NCBI GenBank assembly: GCA_000320545.1
Contig: ADNK01000770.1
Span: 1 to 64,000, forward strand
Length of the DNA: 64,000 nucleotides
DNA from: Bigelowiella natans CCMP2755
Lineage: Eukaryota; Protista; Cercozoa
Direction: 5' to 3'
The notes below the pieces were generated by a model. It worked only from the letters and a program-made list of their open reading frames with translations. It made no database searches and was not told the DNA's origin. Of this stretch, positions 1 to 13,941 are shown piece after piece; position 1 is the first letter of the stretch; the number at the start of each line of letters is the position of its first letter. The position numbers and the translations under genes were made by a program.

Positions 1-31
<31 letters not shown>

Positions 32-183
32 CAGGGTATGGTAGAACAGCTCGCAGGCACAAGAAACTTTGCTCACTCCTTATAAGATAAATAGACAATA
101 ACATAGGCATCATTGGGTAACCAAGATCTCAATGAAAGATGAAAGAAGAAGAAGAAGAAGAAGAAGAATGAGAAGGATGAAGG

Positions 184-226
<43 letters not shown>

Positions 227-446
227 CAGCGACGACACGCAACATGCCACACGCACACGCACACACACACACGCACACAAATAAACAAACACGTTTAGGC
301 AGCAGCATCATCGTGTGATTATTCGTAGATGTGAGTACAAGATGTTCGACGACATCTCCTACGTTGATAATATCATCCTCCTCCTCCTCCTCCTCATCAT
401 CATCATCATCATCGTGGTGATCTATTAAGAAGGTGATAGAATCGAT

Positions 447-477
<31 letters not shown>

Positions 478-1132
478 CTCCATGCTTCATCATCGTCCGA
501 AGTAAGTCGTGATGAGACTCTGGCAGCTTGTTGAGTTGTCCTAATACCTCTATGGAAGTGGAAGAGGAGGAGGAGGAGGAGAAACAATCAAAGCAAACAA
601 AACACATCAACGAACGCTTTCTTCAAGAAGAAGGTCTCCGCTATCGTCACACTTGAACCATGATGATTAGTCCTTTGTTGTTATTCCTCTGAGAACAGAA
701 TCTTGCACGCTTTTCATCATCATTATCATCATCATCATCATCGATCTCTCTTACTCTGTGCTTTCGCTGCCTTGACATAAAACCTCATGGCCGTTCCAAG
801 ATCGCCCAGAACCGCCTACGAAGAAGCATTGCGAAGAGTGCCGTCTCAAGCATGGAGTTGAAAGGCATGTGTATGATGGTTTTTGCGTTGGCTGATGACG
901 CTAATGAGACACTTCAGTGTAGTTGTACTATCTTCTTCTTCTTTCTTCTTCTTCTTCTTCTTCTTTCGGCGTTCATCTGAGGAGTAGCAGCTCGTAGGCG
1001 ACAACAGGACGAGGAGAGGATGGCGGCCTACTACCTCATGGAACCTTCCCAACCGGTAATAATCGTTGTGCAGCACTTCTCCCAACGGTCCAACCTTTTT
1101 TATGCGTGTCATCAGTCATCATTGGTGATAAG

Positions 1133-1175
<43 letters not shown>

Positions 1176-1621
1176 ATATTGCCGTGATGATACTCCGAAT
1201 CATGCATGACCGTCATCTCGTTGATCATGCTCGCTCCTCTTACCTCTGATGATAAGCGGTCTGGTTTGACGGGCTTGGGGTCTCTGCCAGTCACCTGCAA
1301 TCGAGGGAGAGATGTGAGGGAGGGGGGGCGGTGGTGGTGATGCTGCTGATGGTGATGATGAGGAGGAGGAAGAAGGAGGGGGAGAAAGCAAACGTATGCG
1401 CGCGCGCACACACACACACACATCTAGAAGAGAAGAATAGATTACCATGAGATATGTTTCAACCAGCGCCTTCTTCAACTCGTACATTGCCGGCCTACGA
1501 ATCAAAATCATAGAAAAAGGTCCTCTTTCACTTTCACGAACAATCTACTACTACTGCTACTACTACTACTGCGATAAGTATTCTAATACAAACTTGTTCT
1601 TCTTCTCTTTCTAGCAGTAGT

Positions 1622-1662
<41 letters not shown>

Positions 1663-1791
1663 GGTAGTGGTAGCTTGATGATTGTTGTAGCAACTATTAT
1701 AGCGGTGAGAGAGATGCTGCTGAAGTACTACATGGCTTAGCATGGACATCCCCCCCCCTTTCCATGCACCCCCTCATTATCGATTGATTTT

Positions 1792-1828
<37 letters not shown>

Positions 1829-1866
1829 GTCCTTGGGGTTATCCTGGAGGCAGGATGCAAGAACCT

Positions 1867-1909
<43 letters not shown>

Positions 1910-2714
1910 GCAGCAAGAAGAAGAGAACAACGACGATGACAACACCACGTGAAATCAGCATCCACCCCCCAAAGCAACACTCCGCCTCTCGATTTGTGCC
2001 CGCCGAAGGAAAAAACAACAACATCTCTATCATCCCTTCCTCCTTGTTTGTGAATTTGGGCAATTCTTCCTCCGACTACGATTGACTTTGAACTTGCTCT
2101 TTCACTCTCTCACACACACAAGTACACGCTCCCTTCCAAGTCTGCTGCTGCTGCTGCAACAGCATATTATTATTGTCATCATCATCGTCATCATGCTCAC
2201 TCATCAGCGGTTTGGCGGTCATTATTACAGCTGCCAGACGTGCCCTCAGCGGTGTGGGTAGAGCTCCTTCAACGGCCCGCGATCGTGCATTGCCTTTTGC
2301 GTGGACAATGCGGTACAGTGCCTGTGCAAAGGAGTTATATATAAGATGGAGAAGCAGAATCCTGTCATCATCATCATCATCATCATCATCACCATCATCA
2401 TCATCATTGTTATCATCTTTATCATCGCACCTCATCTCCAGTCTCACCAAGGGTCCACAGCACGCAAAGAGCGAGCCCCCATACGTCAGCTTTCGTCGTT
2501 GCCGACATGCCTGTATGTCCCCCCCCCCGCGCGCACAACAGGAGGATTGGAGAAGGAGAGAGAAAATGATCAAGAGAAGTGTTGCATCGTTCTTAGGGAG
2601 ATGAGGCTAATTTGTCCAGAACACCTCGAAGAAGAAGAATTAACACTCCTATACCCAACTCTTTCACGCGAGAACGGCACCAAATACGGAAAGAACAGCA
2701 GTGAAAGAGAGAGG

Positions 2715-2768
<54 letters not shown>

Positions 2769-3166
2769 AATATATTCCAGTAGTACCACCGCCCCTTTTT
2801 CTGATCTCTGGCGCTCTCCAATAGCGAAGTGAGGCGGGGAGGCGACGTCGGAAGCCCTTCGTCACTGGTACAGGAACGCGCAAGCCAACTCGCACAATCA
2901 CTCGTAGTCCTGGATGGTGATGATTAATGGGTCATTCATTCATAGTTCAACGACGACGACTAAAATGAAAAGTTGCTCGATATATATATTGTTTGTTGTT
3001 GTTGTTGATGATGATGATCACGGGTTGATTGGTGCTGTCCTTGCTCTAAATAAAATCGATGCATGTGCGTGTTCGTTCAATACTGACTGACCCCCTCTAG
3101 AGCCGGAGGAAGTACTGGCAGTGGCCGCGGCAGCGGCGGCAGCGGCGACCTTCTAGGTTGATATAG

Positions 3167-3204
<38 letters not shown>

Positions 3205-3538
3205 TCAGTGCCGCACACATTCACAACAGGGCGAAGGCTTCCTACACGGAATTACAACTAGGAAATCTCCGTTAGCGCCTGGTACTATTATTATCATTTG
3301 CTACCGCCGAAACGGCTGCAGCGGAGTCCCCGATTTCTATGTCTCCAAAGGAACGTCCGCCATGCTTTCGGAGTTTCGTTGTCCTGTTCTTTGCATCTTG
3401 TGCTAGCGGCACCGGGGGGGGCATGCGCTGCTCGACGGGGAACGCTAGCAAGCAATCAAGGCGAATATCCCCATGTACCTGATGATGATGATGATGATGA
3501 TAACACAACCAACCGGTTAGCAGCTGTTGTGAGTGATG

Positions 3539-3578
<40 letters not shown>

Positions 3579-3840
3579 TCATCAGCATCATCATCATCGT
3601 TATTATCATATCCTTGCTCGGATCAACTACTACTACTACTACTACTGCTACTGCTGCTACTTACCAGAGGTCCCCCTGAGAGTGAATGAAGGTGCGACAC
3701 ACCGGTTGCGGCTTGCACACATGCGTCTAATCGAGGAGCCAACGTTCCACGCACCCGCTCAAGAGAGTTTGCCTATCATCATAAGAGGAAACAATGGGGG
3801 GAAACCATTGGCTTTGTCGTTGCTATCAAATGCATCGTCC

Positions 3841-3874
<34 letters not shown>

Positions 3875-5214
3875 TATCATCATGTCGAGATAGGGAAATG
3901 GAGGAAGATTGGTAACAACCCAGTCGCGCATTGAGCCATACTCGGCCCACGGTGTGATTAAGACCTAATGACCATGGGTGGATAGATCGTCGTTTGAGAA
4001 GAAGAGGAAGAAGAAGAAGAAAAAAGGAGGAGGAGGGGGAGGAGAAAAAGTTCATCTTCAGAAACATTTATTCCGAAGATCTAGTAGATGATGGAAGGAG
4101 GAAGAGAGAGAATAGGGACGACATTGTAATTGTTGTGTATTTGTACCAAATTGCTGTTCCAGTCTTGTAAGATATCGTGCAGCATGCACACATTGGGATG
4201 TGCAGGGCAGCTGAGCCAACGCCAAGCAGCATGCAAAGGGCTGCCTTCTTTTCCATTCAAATCCCCGTCGTCGAGCTTGACTCTTATATCTGAATCCTCA
4301 TCCCATTTTTCCTCATACTTGGGCCTCTCCAACATGTCCTTGTGATATACCTTAGCCGCGAAGAAGATCTTCTCGCTGGCCTTGAGTTTCGTCGTTTTTG
4401 AAGAATCGTTGCAGAGCAGCTTCATCAGCACACCCGAGTTCCCATAGCGAGGCAGATAACCTGCATGGACAACGTAAGACCCGATTTTAGAGTCGGGTCT
4501 CCATGATCCAGGAAAGCGAATGGGCTCTCCATCCCAAACTCCCCCCAGGATCATTCTGCATCTCTTCCTTCCTTCTTCCCTCCACCCCTCCTTAGGGTAT
4601 GCCTTTTTCGCAGCAGCGACCGCATTCCGAATCTTCTCAATTTCGAATTGTTCACGGTATCGAGCAGCCTGGTCTGCCTTCCCGTCCTTTGGTTGTTTAG
4701 AATGGAGAGGCACAATAGCAGCATCATCACTCTTAGAAGTATCCGGCTCCTCCTCCACATCAGGCTTGTTCTGCGCCTTCTTCTCCTTCTTCTTCATGTT
4801 CTTCGCCAAAGCCCACGAAGAGGGGTCGTCACTCGTGTATCTTGTCTTCCCTATCCATGAGTCAAGTGGCCCAAGGATGACGCGATTTTTGGTCGCAGGA
4901 TCGAAGCTCTCATCGATATGGACGCTCCACTTGATTTCACCTGGATCGAAGCAACCCGGTCTTGAATACCTTTCTACGAGAATAGCCATCTGCATCTTTT
5001 GTACCGGTCTGCCATCCAGGTCTACCAGACGGAATTCTAGGACATCTGAAAAGCTACCCCCACTATTACCACTAGGCTTACGCTGGTCGTCTTCACAGCG
5101 CTCGTGGCCTGTATTGCGTTGATTGTCGCCCAGCCCAAGGGACGGGCGGATGCAAATTGCCTTGTCCTTCGGCGAGAAATCCAAAGTGTACTCGCTTTGT
5201 TGTCTTCCCAGCAT
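1..5214 (-). CDS. Multi-exon tyrosine-kinase-like (probable pseudo)kinase with helical/TPR-like C-terminal region; runs off window start
   Basis: Exon 1 (~5214-4147) has FFAAKVY and HPNVCMLH. Hand-read downstream exons: RLDACVQAATGVSHLHSLSGGPL (~3665-3772), VHGDIRLDCLL (~3445-3478), YWRAPEIRK (~2800), TTKADVWGLALCVL (~2450-2500), VLASCLQDNPKDR (~1830-1865), PAMYELKKALVETYLM (~1446-1494), AVLGDLGTAMRFYVKAA (~760-815). Kinase subdomains II-XI occur in order with GT-AG borders. Confidence 0.8.
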
Positions 5215-5811
5215 CAGCAAGTCCCTACTACTATTTGGTGGACAAAAAAACAAAATTAAGATCGCAGGATGCTGATGATGTAGCAACACCCGTCCGTCGG
5301 CAGCTCTAACACATTCATTCGAACACACAAACGGAGGAGGGCAGCTGGGGCGTGCGTGCGTGCTGCACGGAGACGATGAGATGCAGGAGTTCTGTCAATG
5401 AACCGAAATGAAAAATGCAAAAAAATGGAACCCACCAAATTGATCTCCCCAGGCTGCCTGGAGGGACAGCGAGGCGGGATGGCGGGGATGGAGCTAGAGG
5501 GGGGAAAGCGTGATCGCAAGGAGAAATGCTCTCAAATCGAAAACGCATCTCTTTCTACCCGTAATTGCCATTTTTTTATGTCTCTCCTGCTAAACATAAG
5601 GCATCCTATTGTCGTCATCGTCGCTAAACTCCTGAAAAAAGTACTATATTTTTTCGGCTCTGATAGCAAGTGAAATGGAACGGAATCCACCACGGAACCC
5701 ATTACTCGTTCGATGCGTCCGCCCCGTCCCGTGCAATGATGCTGAGATGATGATGATAGTGAGGAGGAGGAGGAGGAGGAGAAGGAGGAGCCGCAGCTTC
5801 TACACCTAAAA

Positions 5812-7183
5812 ATGATCATTGCCCAGGGAGGGTTGCTGCTACTCCTGGCACTTTTGCCGATCTGCCCAGGTGACAACAGTCCGCACCATCGGACCCCCTT
5901 ATTCTCTCACCCCTCCAATCATCCACAGTGTCAGGAGGCAAAAGGGATTTAAGCATCTTTTTGTCCAACCTTCCGTCCAAAGTTTCTAGGAAATCTATTC
6001 GATACTGGTTTGTATGAGCCTTCGCTTCAAGTGTTCTGCATGGTAATGACATCTGTGTACCAAACAGGCTCTCCACAGAAGGGAATGTGAAAGACATCGA
6101 GATCTATTATGGAAAGACAAACTCCAGTGCTGTGGTCGAGTTCCGAAGTCTAGAGAAGGCCAAGCTAGCTGTAAATACTCTCAACCAGAAGCCATTTAAT
6201 AACCACAACGTGTCGGTCTGTTGGTTCAGGCGCAAACTCCTGAAAGGGCCAGGTTGTTGATTTAGAAGAAAAGAGGGAGAATAAGGGAATAGCAATGGTT
6301 TGAAATTCTTTCTGATGCAAAGGACCTCCTCCCCATTTGTTGTCTCATCATGATATACTAACGTTACAATTTTATCCACAGGGATACCCGATCGCAAACC
6401 AGACGAATATTTCAGCTTCAACGGGCTGACATTTGTGGTGACAGGGACCTTAGACCGTAAGAAGCTGATGAACATCATCACTGAGAATAAGGTGGTGTTG
6501 TTGTTGAAACGATTCCTCGTAGTCTTAATCATCATACTGTATCCATTTGGTTCGCATAATCCAGGGGAAGGTTTCAGGCATCTTGCATCAGAGAGTACAC
6601 TACGTTGTAGCTGATGATGGGGCCGTTACAAGGAACACGCAGAAAATAAGGAGAGCGAATACATGGGACAAGCCAATCGTCACAGAGTATATAAATAAAC
6701 GTGATTGTGTGTGTTGCTCATTGTACTCATAGGATCCTCCCTTTCTCAGAAACTTCTTGGTAGACAGCCTGAAAGCAAAGAAACTTCTCGATGCGAGGAA
6801 ATACAGGCCCCGTGGAGAAAAAGTGGAGCTCCAGAGTGACTTTATTCCTTCTCAGAAAGAACTTGAGGTTGTTCTTCTTATATCAAGTCGTATGACATGA
6901 ACAACGCACAACTATTTTACATGAAGATGACCGCGTAGTATATTATCAGGATCCGAAGCCTCAAGGAGAACCCCCTCCCCCGCCTGAAGATGTACTGATA
7001 AAAAGATTTCTGTCTAACAATAATGGCCCAATAAAAAGAAATGTGTCATCATCATCAAAAATCATGGCCAGAGCAGGAAAGCGCAAAATATTGATGAGCA
7101 CTAGAAAAATGAAAAAGAATGCCGCTGGTGGAATGAAATGTTTAACCGACGCTCTGGTTGAGAACAAAAAGGTCATTGAGTAA
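5812..7183 (+). CDS. Multi-exon RRM + BRCT domain protein with N-terminal signal-peptide-like segment
   Basis: Spliced reading: MIIAQGGLLLLLALLPICP|VSGGKRDLSIFLSNLPSKVSRKSIRYW|LSTEGNVKDIEIYYGKTNSSAVVEFRSLEKAKLAVNTLNQKPF (RRM with RNP2 and RNP1). Then FNGLTFVVTGTLDRKKLMNIITENK|GKVSGILHQRVHYVVADD...KIRRANTWDKPIVT|NFLVDSL (BRCT). 3' end approximate. Confidence 0.75.
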
Positions 7184-7788
7184 TAATAAATTACAATTTT
7201 GGCTCTGCAATTCCTACTATAGCCTGTATGCAGCAACATCGCACAGCCAACGCGTAGATCTACATGTGTATGTGTAACGTATGCAGGCAGTGGCGGACAA
7301 TGTGCAATATAGCAATAATTAGTGTTATATGTGTCCATGCACTTGCATGCTACGACGCTAGACATCAACCATAACGTACGGCATGGAGCTAGTATGGGGA
7401 TCGGAGCACTACTATAGATTAGGATGTATCATGCATATATGCACCGCATGCGCTGTGCTGTGACATAAAACATTACAATTCTCGGCATTGCCACAAATAG
7501 TTACCCATATCATGCATATTGGCCACCTCTAGCGTGTACTGTGCTAAGCGTATGGCCGGCTAGTTCCGCAGCTAATCGGCGCATATTGTGTGCAGCTGCT
7601 ATACTTTGTTCAATTGTAGCTAGCTGCCAATCTTATTCAGCAGTTGCTTGAGGTTGAGACGCTCGCCCCATAAAATCAGTTTACAGCGTCGGCATATCAT
7701 GCATGGGAAATAAAAACACGTATGTCTACCCTAGATATTCAAAATTTAGCGGAGTCAAGCGAAATGATTTACAAGACACATACTAGGG

Positions 7789-10588
7789 TCATAAAACTCT
7801 AACTTCAGCCTCTGAGGTTGACTTGGGTTCTATCATCCCTGCACCATCCTCAAATCCAGAATGTTCCTCAATATTCCCTAAATCGCTCCCTATGCTATCA
7901 ACATCGAGGGGATTTCCTACTATCTGCCGGGACTTGTGATCATGTTCTTGGCTTGTAGAACGACTTCGACTACCAATTCTTCCCTTTTGTGTTACATTTA
8001 CATACACACAAAGCCATACCATATTTTGCGAGTGAATCGATTGCAATCTGTCCCTCATTTCGTTGTGATGCGTATTTTAGATTAAAAATATCCCCCCACA
8101 CGCCTCCCTCCCCCCCCTTCTGCAATCATTTGAATGCATCTGATCTGTGAATACTCTTTTGATTTCGTAAAAATATTGGGTTGGCAGACGATACAGATGA
8201 CGACCAATGGCCCACCCACAAGTCAATTAATAATATCCAAGAAGTAGGGGAGGGGATGACGGGAGATGGTAAAAGGGGGAAAGAACTATTTCATACTTTG
8301 TGAAACCATATCAATCATATGTGATCGCCGTGACCATGAATGTCCGCTCCTCTCTCTCTCTCTGTCTCTCTCTCTTATCTTTCCCCTTCCCTGTTTCCCT
8401 CCCTCATCCCCTTCTCTTCTCACCTCCCCAAGAAGGGTTTCATTGGCTGAATCTGGTTTCGGAGAGGTGTAGTAGGCAATAGCGAAGAAGATGATCGCAA
8501 AGCCACTCCAACCTGGAAGCAGCAGCAGCAGCAGCAGCAGGCAATAATGATATGGCGGCAAGGAAATAATACACGAATGCTGCCCACATTCTAGAACAAG
8601 AGACAGCTATGAAAGGGCGCAATGAGAATGATCACGAATAGCCACTCGCTACAACTATTGGCTGAGCATTATACGCTCGTGAATTACCCAAAATAATCCT
8701 GAATCCAAGCGTCAGCGAGCCATACTCCTGCGATGATAATAACAAATACGAGGAGAGATGTGGCGGTGGTTGGTTGCTCAGCAACATGGCTACTTGTTCG
8801 TATGAAGCGCCGATGATGGATGATCATATGCGAGTAGTAGTGTCGATGAGAAAGATTGGTCCATCGATTGATTTGTCAAACAACATGAGAAGAATAAAGC
8901 GCACAATGCTACATCGTAGCGGTGGCATCAAGCAAAATTAAGTTGCCAGGAGCTTTGCTGTATTGATAAAAAGCTGGAAGGCCGGAGTGTGACGATGATT
9001 GGTTGGTTGATTGATTGATTACCTCCGATATCAAACCGGAAAGGAACGGGGAGAGAAAGTACCCAAACAAGTTGAATAGGATGGCGGCGAAAGACGACCC
9101 GACCTGCAAGAAGTCGCAGCAGATTGTGCCGAAATTTAATCACCCGTATAATGATGATGACGATGATGATGCTGCTGATGATGATAAAAATGATAATCGC
9201 TGGATACTGCTGATGGTTTTTTGAGTACCGTGCTATTGACACATCATCATCATCATCATCATCATTATCATCATCGCGAACTAGTTATGCAGGCTGCGTT
9301 GAATGGCCGTTTCCTCAAAACTAAAAGTAAGCAAAGCTCTACCACTGGTTTACCGTCCGTATATTCGTGGGGATAACAGATATGAATATTCCTGAGCCTC
9401 CAGGTAATACCTAAGGGCCAGCATTATCACCGCCACCACCCCCCCAACGACAAAGAGAAGAAACAATCAGGAGAACCACCAATGTCTTCAAGAATGGGGA
9501 GGAGGACATCATCACCAAACACGGCCTAACTCGGTCAGCAATCTACAGTGCGCAAGTACCGCTCCCCCGAAGAACAGCAGCACCCAAAGCAAGGCCGTTG
9601 CTTCCCAGGTATTATACACAGCAGTCACGAACACCGCAGCTACTGACGCCAGAATCCCGAAAACAAGGCACCACTGCATTGTGTACATGATGATGATGAT
9701 GATGATGATGATGATAATGATGCGTAAGAACGACGATGCAGATATATATTTTAAGATGGATACGAATCAATGAAGAGCATCAGTGTTTGTCACAGCATAC
9801 ATGCACTCCCTCCTTGTTCCTCCCCCCCCCGAATTGTTCATCTCCCGTATCATGGTCGGTTGCATGCATACCCCGATAGCTTTTCGTCTTTGCGCTGTGC
9901 TTTTGTACCTAATATTTAAGGGGAGGGGGGAGGAGGAGGGGGGGGGGGGGGGGATATCAATCAATGCAGCCGCACAATGTTATTGTTGGCCTCAGAAGCA
10001 GCAGAAATATTGGTTGCTCTTGGGTGGTATTGTAGGAGTTCCCATCTGTGTGGCCACAAAAAGATCCTTTGGGTGTTCTAATTCATCATCATCGTCACCA
10101 TCACCTTCACCATCTGCCATCCGTATTCTTCTCCCTCATTGTTTTTTTTTTTGGTATGAAAAATGTAGTTTAGAAGATGGCTACTACCCTCCAATATACT
10201 CCACAAACCAGCCCCCGAATATCACTCCAGCTACAGGTGCTGATAGGAGGAGGAGGAGAGGAGGAGGAGGAGGAGGAGGAGGAGGAGGAGGAGGATGTTG
10301 ATGCCGAAGACAGAACGATGGCTACACATGCTCGTCGTATCTATCTGTGCGTGTGGTCCCATGATATGATCATGATTATGATTATCATCCATTGCGTTCT
10401 TATTGAAGCACGTAGTAAGGACGCACTTCTGTGAGTGAACGACGGCTTTATAGATAAGCTAGTAGCCTTGTTCCACTTGCTCGCCATGTACTACTTCTAG
10501 TGTTACTACTACTGCTGCTGCTGCCGCTACTACTTCACCCATCATCAGGGCTGCTAATACTATCATTCGCAGCAACCCAAAGTGCAAG

Positions 10589-10637
<49 letters not shown>

Positions 10638-13600
10638 GAGAGAGAGAGAGGGGAGATAGAGACCTGTTGCACTTGTGAGCAGAAACTGCCCTCGGACCAC
10701 CTTTTCGTTGCCCTGTGAGACAACAACAATTACGGTAGGTTAGTAGGTGGATTGGAAGAAGAAGAGATAAACTATTACTACTGCTAGTAGTAGTAGTAGT
10801 AGTAGCAGCAGCAGCAGCAGCAGCAGGGGAGCAGTGGCGATGGTGGCGGCGGCGGTGGTGATGGTAGTGGTAGAGCTTATGGTACAAGCGCTCAGCGATT
10901 GCTGTATTATGTGTCGATGACGATGGTGCTTATAGCGACTTAGTTGCGTGCGTGCGTGCGTGTGTCGTACGTTCAGTTCCGATTCTAAGTAGTCCGTCGC
11001 CCAGTACCTAAACCAGATCATTATTTTACAATGAAAGAGGAGGAGGAGTAGGAGAAGGAGGAGGAGGAGGGGGAAGTAAGTGAGCAGTTAGCAGCAAGCG
11101 GTAGTAAGGAGCGAGGGCATATCCTCGTAACTCGCAAGAACTACCGCACGAAGTTATTCGCCTGTGTTTTGTGTGTGCTCCCTCTGTGCGTGCAGCGCAG
11201 ATAGTACACATTCATTCTAGACGGCATCTTCATTATCTTCATCAACGGCATCTATCATCATAACGATAACGATTGAAATCACTGCTACTGCCACCACTAC
11301 TACTACTGCTACTTCCACTGCTACTGCAAAGTGTGTGCATATCATCATATGTTGTTCACTGACTGTATTCCTGTGACCACGAAGTAGAGCGCGGAGAGGG
11401 AGAAGACAATGGACATGTAGGTTGCGTTGGTCACTAACTGAAACATCAGTTGATATATCGTGTGAGGTGAGAAATAATTCATTGATTGAGGTTGCTAGTC
11501 GCTGGGTGATAGCAGCGGTACGGCTTCTTCTTCTCCTTCTTAGGAGGAGGAGGAGGAGGAGAGCATGGGTACAAACGAGGAGACAATGGCGATATCTATT
11601 CTGATGGTGGTGGAGGGAGCTGCTTACCATCCAGACAGCATTCAGGTAACTGACCATGGCTGACGAGAACAACAAGATGAAGATGAAGAAGAAGAAGAAG
11701 AAGAAGAAAATGAAGATTATAGTGATGCTGAAAGACGCAACCAGGGAAATTGTATATCATATGGTTGGCCAGGCATCATTGTTGTGTTGTGGATTAAATG
11801 AAACGAGGAGACAGGTGTTAATCTTTGTTCATTTTTCTCGTAAAACGACCCAACCTATTATCGAATTCCGACGTGTTGTCCTCGTACCTATACAGAGTTT
11901 AACATTCGCCGACAAACAAGACTTTAAAGAATTTCAACGAACATTCCACAGATTATTGAGAGATTGAGATAATAGAGAAATGTCTGCAGCAATGATGTTA
12001 AGAAGAAGAAGAAGGAGAAGAAGAGGAGGAAGATGAAGAAGAAGAAGAAACGTTGGAGTGAGTACTACCACCACCACTCTCCATGAACTCAGGCGTCACG
12101 ACAAAACCGCCTCTCCATCCGGAAATAGGAGTCCCTGGTGATAACAACGGTATTGATGTATTTGTACTTCGCTAATCAGTCGTTGAATCTCGTAAAAATG
12201 AAATAATTATTTATGCATTGCCGTTGAGCCATCTTATCTGCATGTTGTTGCATTTTTCCTTGCGGAATCTCCTCTACGCAGCATTGCCCAGGCAGAGCAG
12301 CAACCTGTTCCATGTGCTGCTTTCGTTTGAATACCCCCAGTCAGAGCAGGAGCATCAACCTCCTCGTCATTGGCTCCCTGTTGCATTCACACACAATTAA
12401 TATTCGGCCGACAGAAAAAACAAGGGGGGGAGATAATAACTCCATCATAGCCTAGCCTGACGTAGAATGTAACTGGAGAAGCAAAATGAATGAGCCTTTC
12501 CATTGTCATCATCGTAATCATCATCATCATCATCATCATCCGCTGCTTGCTGCTCAGCTGTGCTAAATAAGAGGTGGATCAACCCCCCCCCCCTTCCCCC
12601 CACCTTTTCATCGCTGACATTTGAGGAATCTGTGAGTACGAGCTGGGGTGCACGCTCTCCTGATCAACAACGGCACGAACAATGAAAATGGTGCCTGTGT
12701 GTTGTGTGTGTTGTGTGTTTCCTTCACGATGGGCATTGGCGCGACTGCAGCACATGAACGGCAGTGCAACTGCAAAGAGAATATAGTAATATAGTGGCCG
12801 GTTTCTCCACCTGCATCAGTGGCAAAATCGGTCGACGGAAGCTCTTGCTGCGAGGGATGTTCATGTTTTGCATCGTCGCTAGGTACAAGAAAGGTCTGAT
12901 GATTAATATTCGCAGCAACTTAGCGACATGGTGTCCCGATGATAAGGCAGGATGGCGTGGGAGGAAGAGGAGAAAGAGGAGGAGCAGGAGGGGGAGGAAG
13001 GGGAGAAGGCCGAGGGAGAAATTGATCATATTATTGTAAACGGTGCTACCGATGAGAGTCTCACGCCACTTCCGCTGGTGTAGTTCATAGCTTTTCGAGC
13101 TATATCGCCCAAATGATTGGTACTCCTAATATATATAAAAATCATTCCACATCATACCTCTTCGCGGGAGGGGAAAGAAGGAAGAAGAAGAAGAAGAAGA
13201 AGAAGAAGCAGCAGCAGCAGCAGCAGCAGCAGCCACGCCGACGTTGACCTGTGCGCACGCGTGCTGCATGTTCAAGAGACATTCTTTTTGAAAGAACGCC
13301 TTGGGGAGAAGAAAAATTGAGACGTGGCGGTGATGATGATGATGATGGTGGTGGTAGAGAACAGCATCAAATACTACCTTGGAGTGCCTTCTCCTGTTCT
13401 AGACACCTTCAGGTCGCTCTCCCAGAGACTAATGAATTACACAATGGCGGTCATAATAATGCTGCTGCTGCTGATGATGATGACGACGATGACGACGATA
13501 GGATCCTCCTCCTCCTCCTCCTCCTCCTCCTCCTCCTCCTCCTCCTCCTCCTCCTCCTCCTCGGACACCATAAAGTAGCTGAGTCCGCTTAAGGAAATGA

Positions 13601-13909
13601 TCCCACCTTACAGTGTGCGGTCTTTTCTTCCGGAATTTTTCGTTGACCTGAACACACGGCAGCACAGCAAAGAGATCATGCTCTCAGGATTATTATTCAA
13701 GTGGCAAACTAGTAGGCTTTTATGCTCGGCGTTGTGGACCGCCAGACCGCTGTTGTTGCATTAGGGAAGTTTGGTGCTGTTGTTCCGCGGAGAATCAACA
13801 GAATGAGGAGTCGTCGTCGTTGTCGTCGTCTATCAGCACAACTCACGTTTATATGTCGGCTTGGAACTGTCCAGACACCGATGCAATATGGGGTCACCAC
13901 TATGACCTG

Positions 13910-13941
<32 letters not shown>

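Noticed and set aside
73-3915. Many short ORFs with poly-S/H/T/YI/CV runs
   Set aside because: They are translations of intronic microsatellites; only embedded exon fragments are real.
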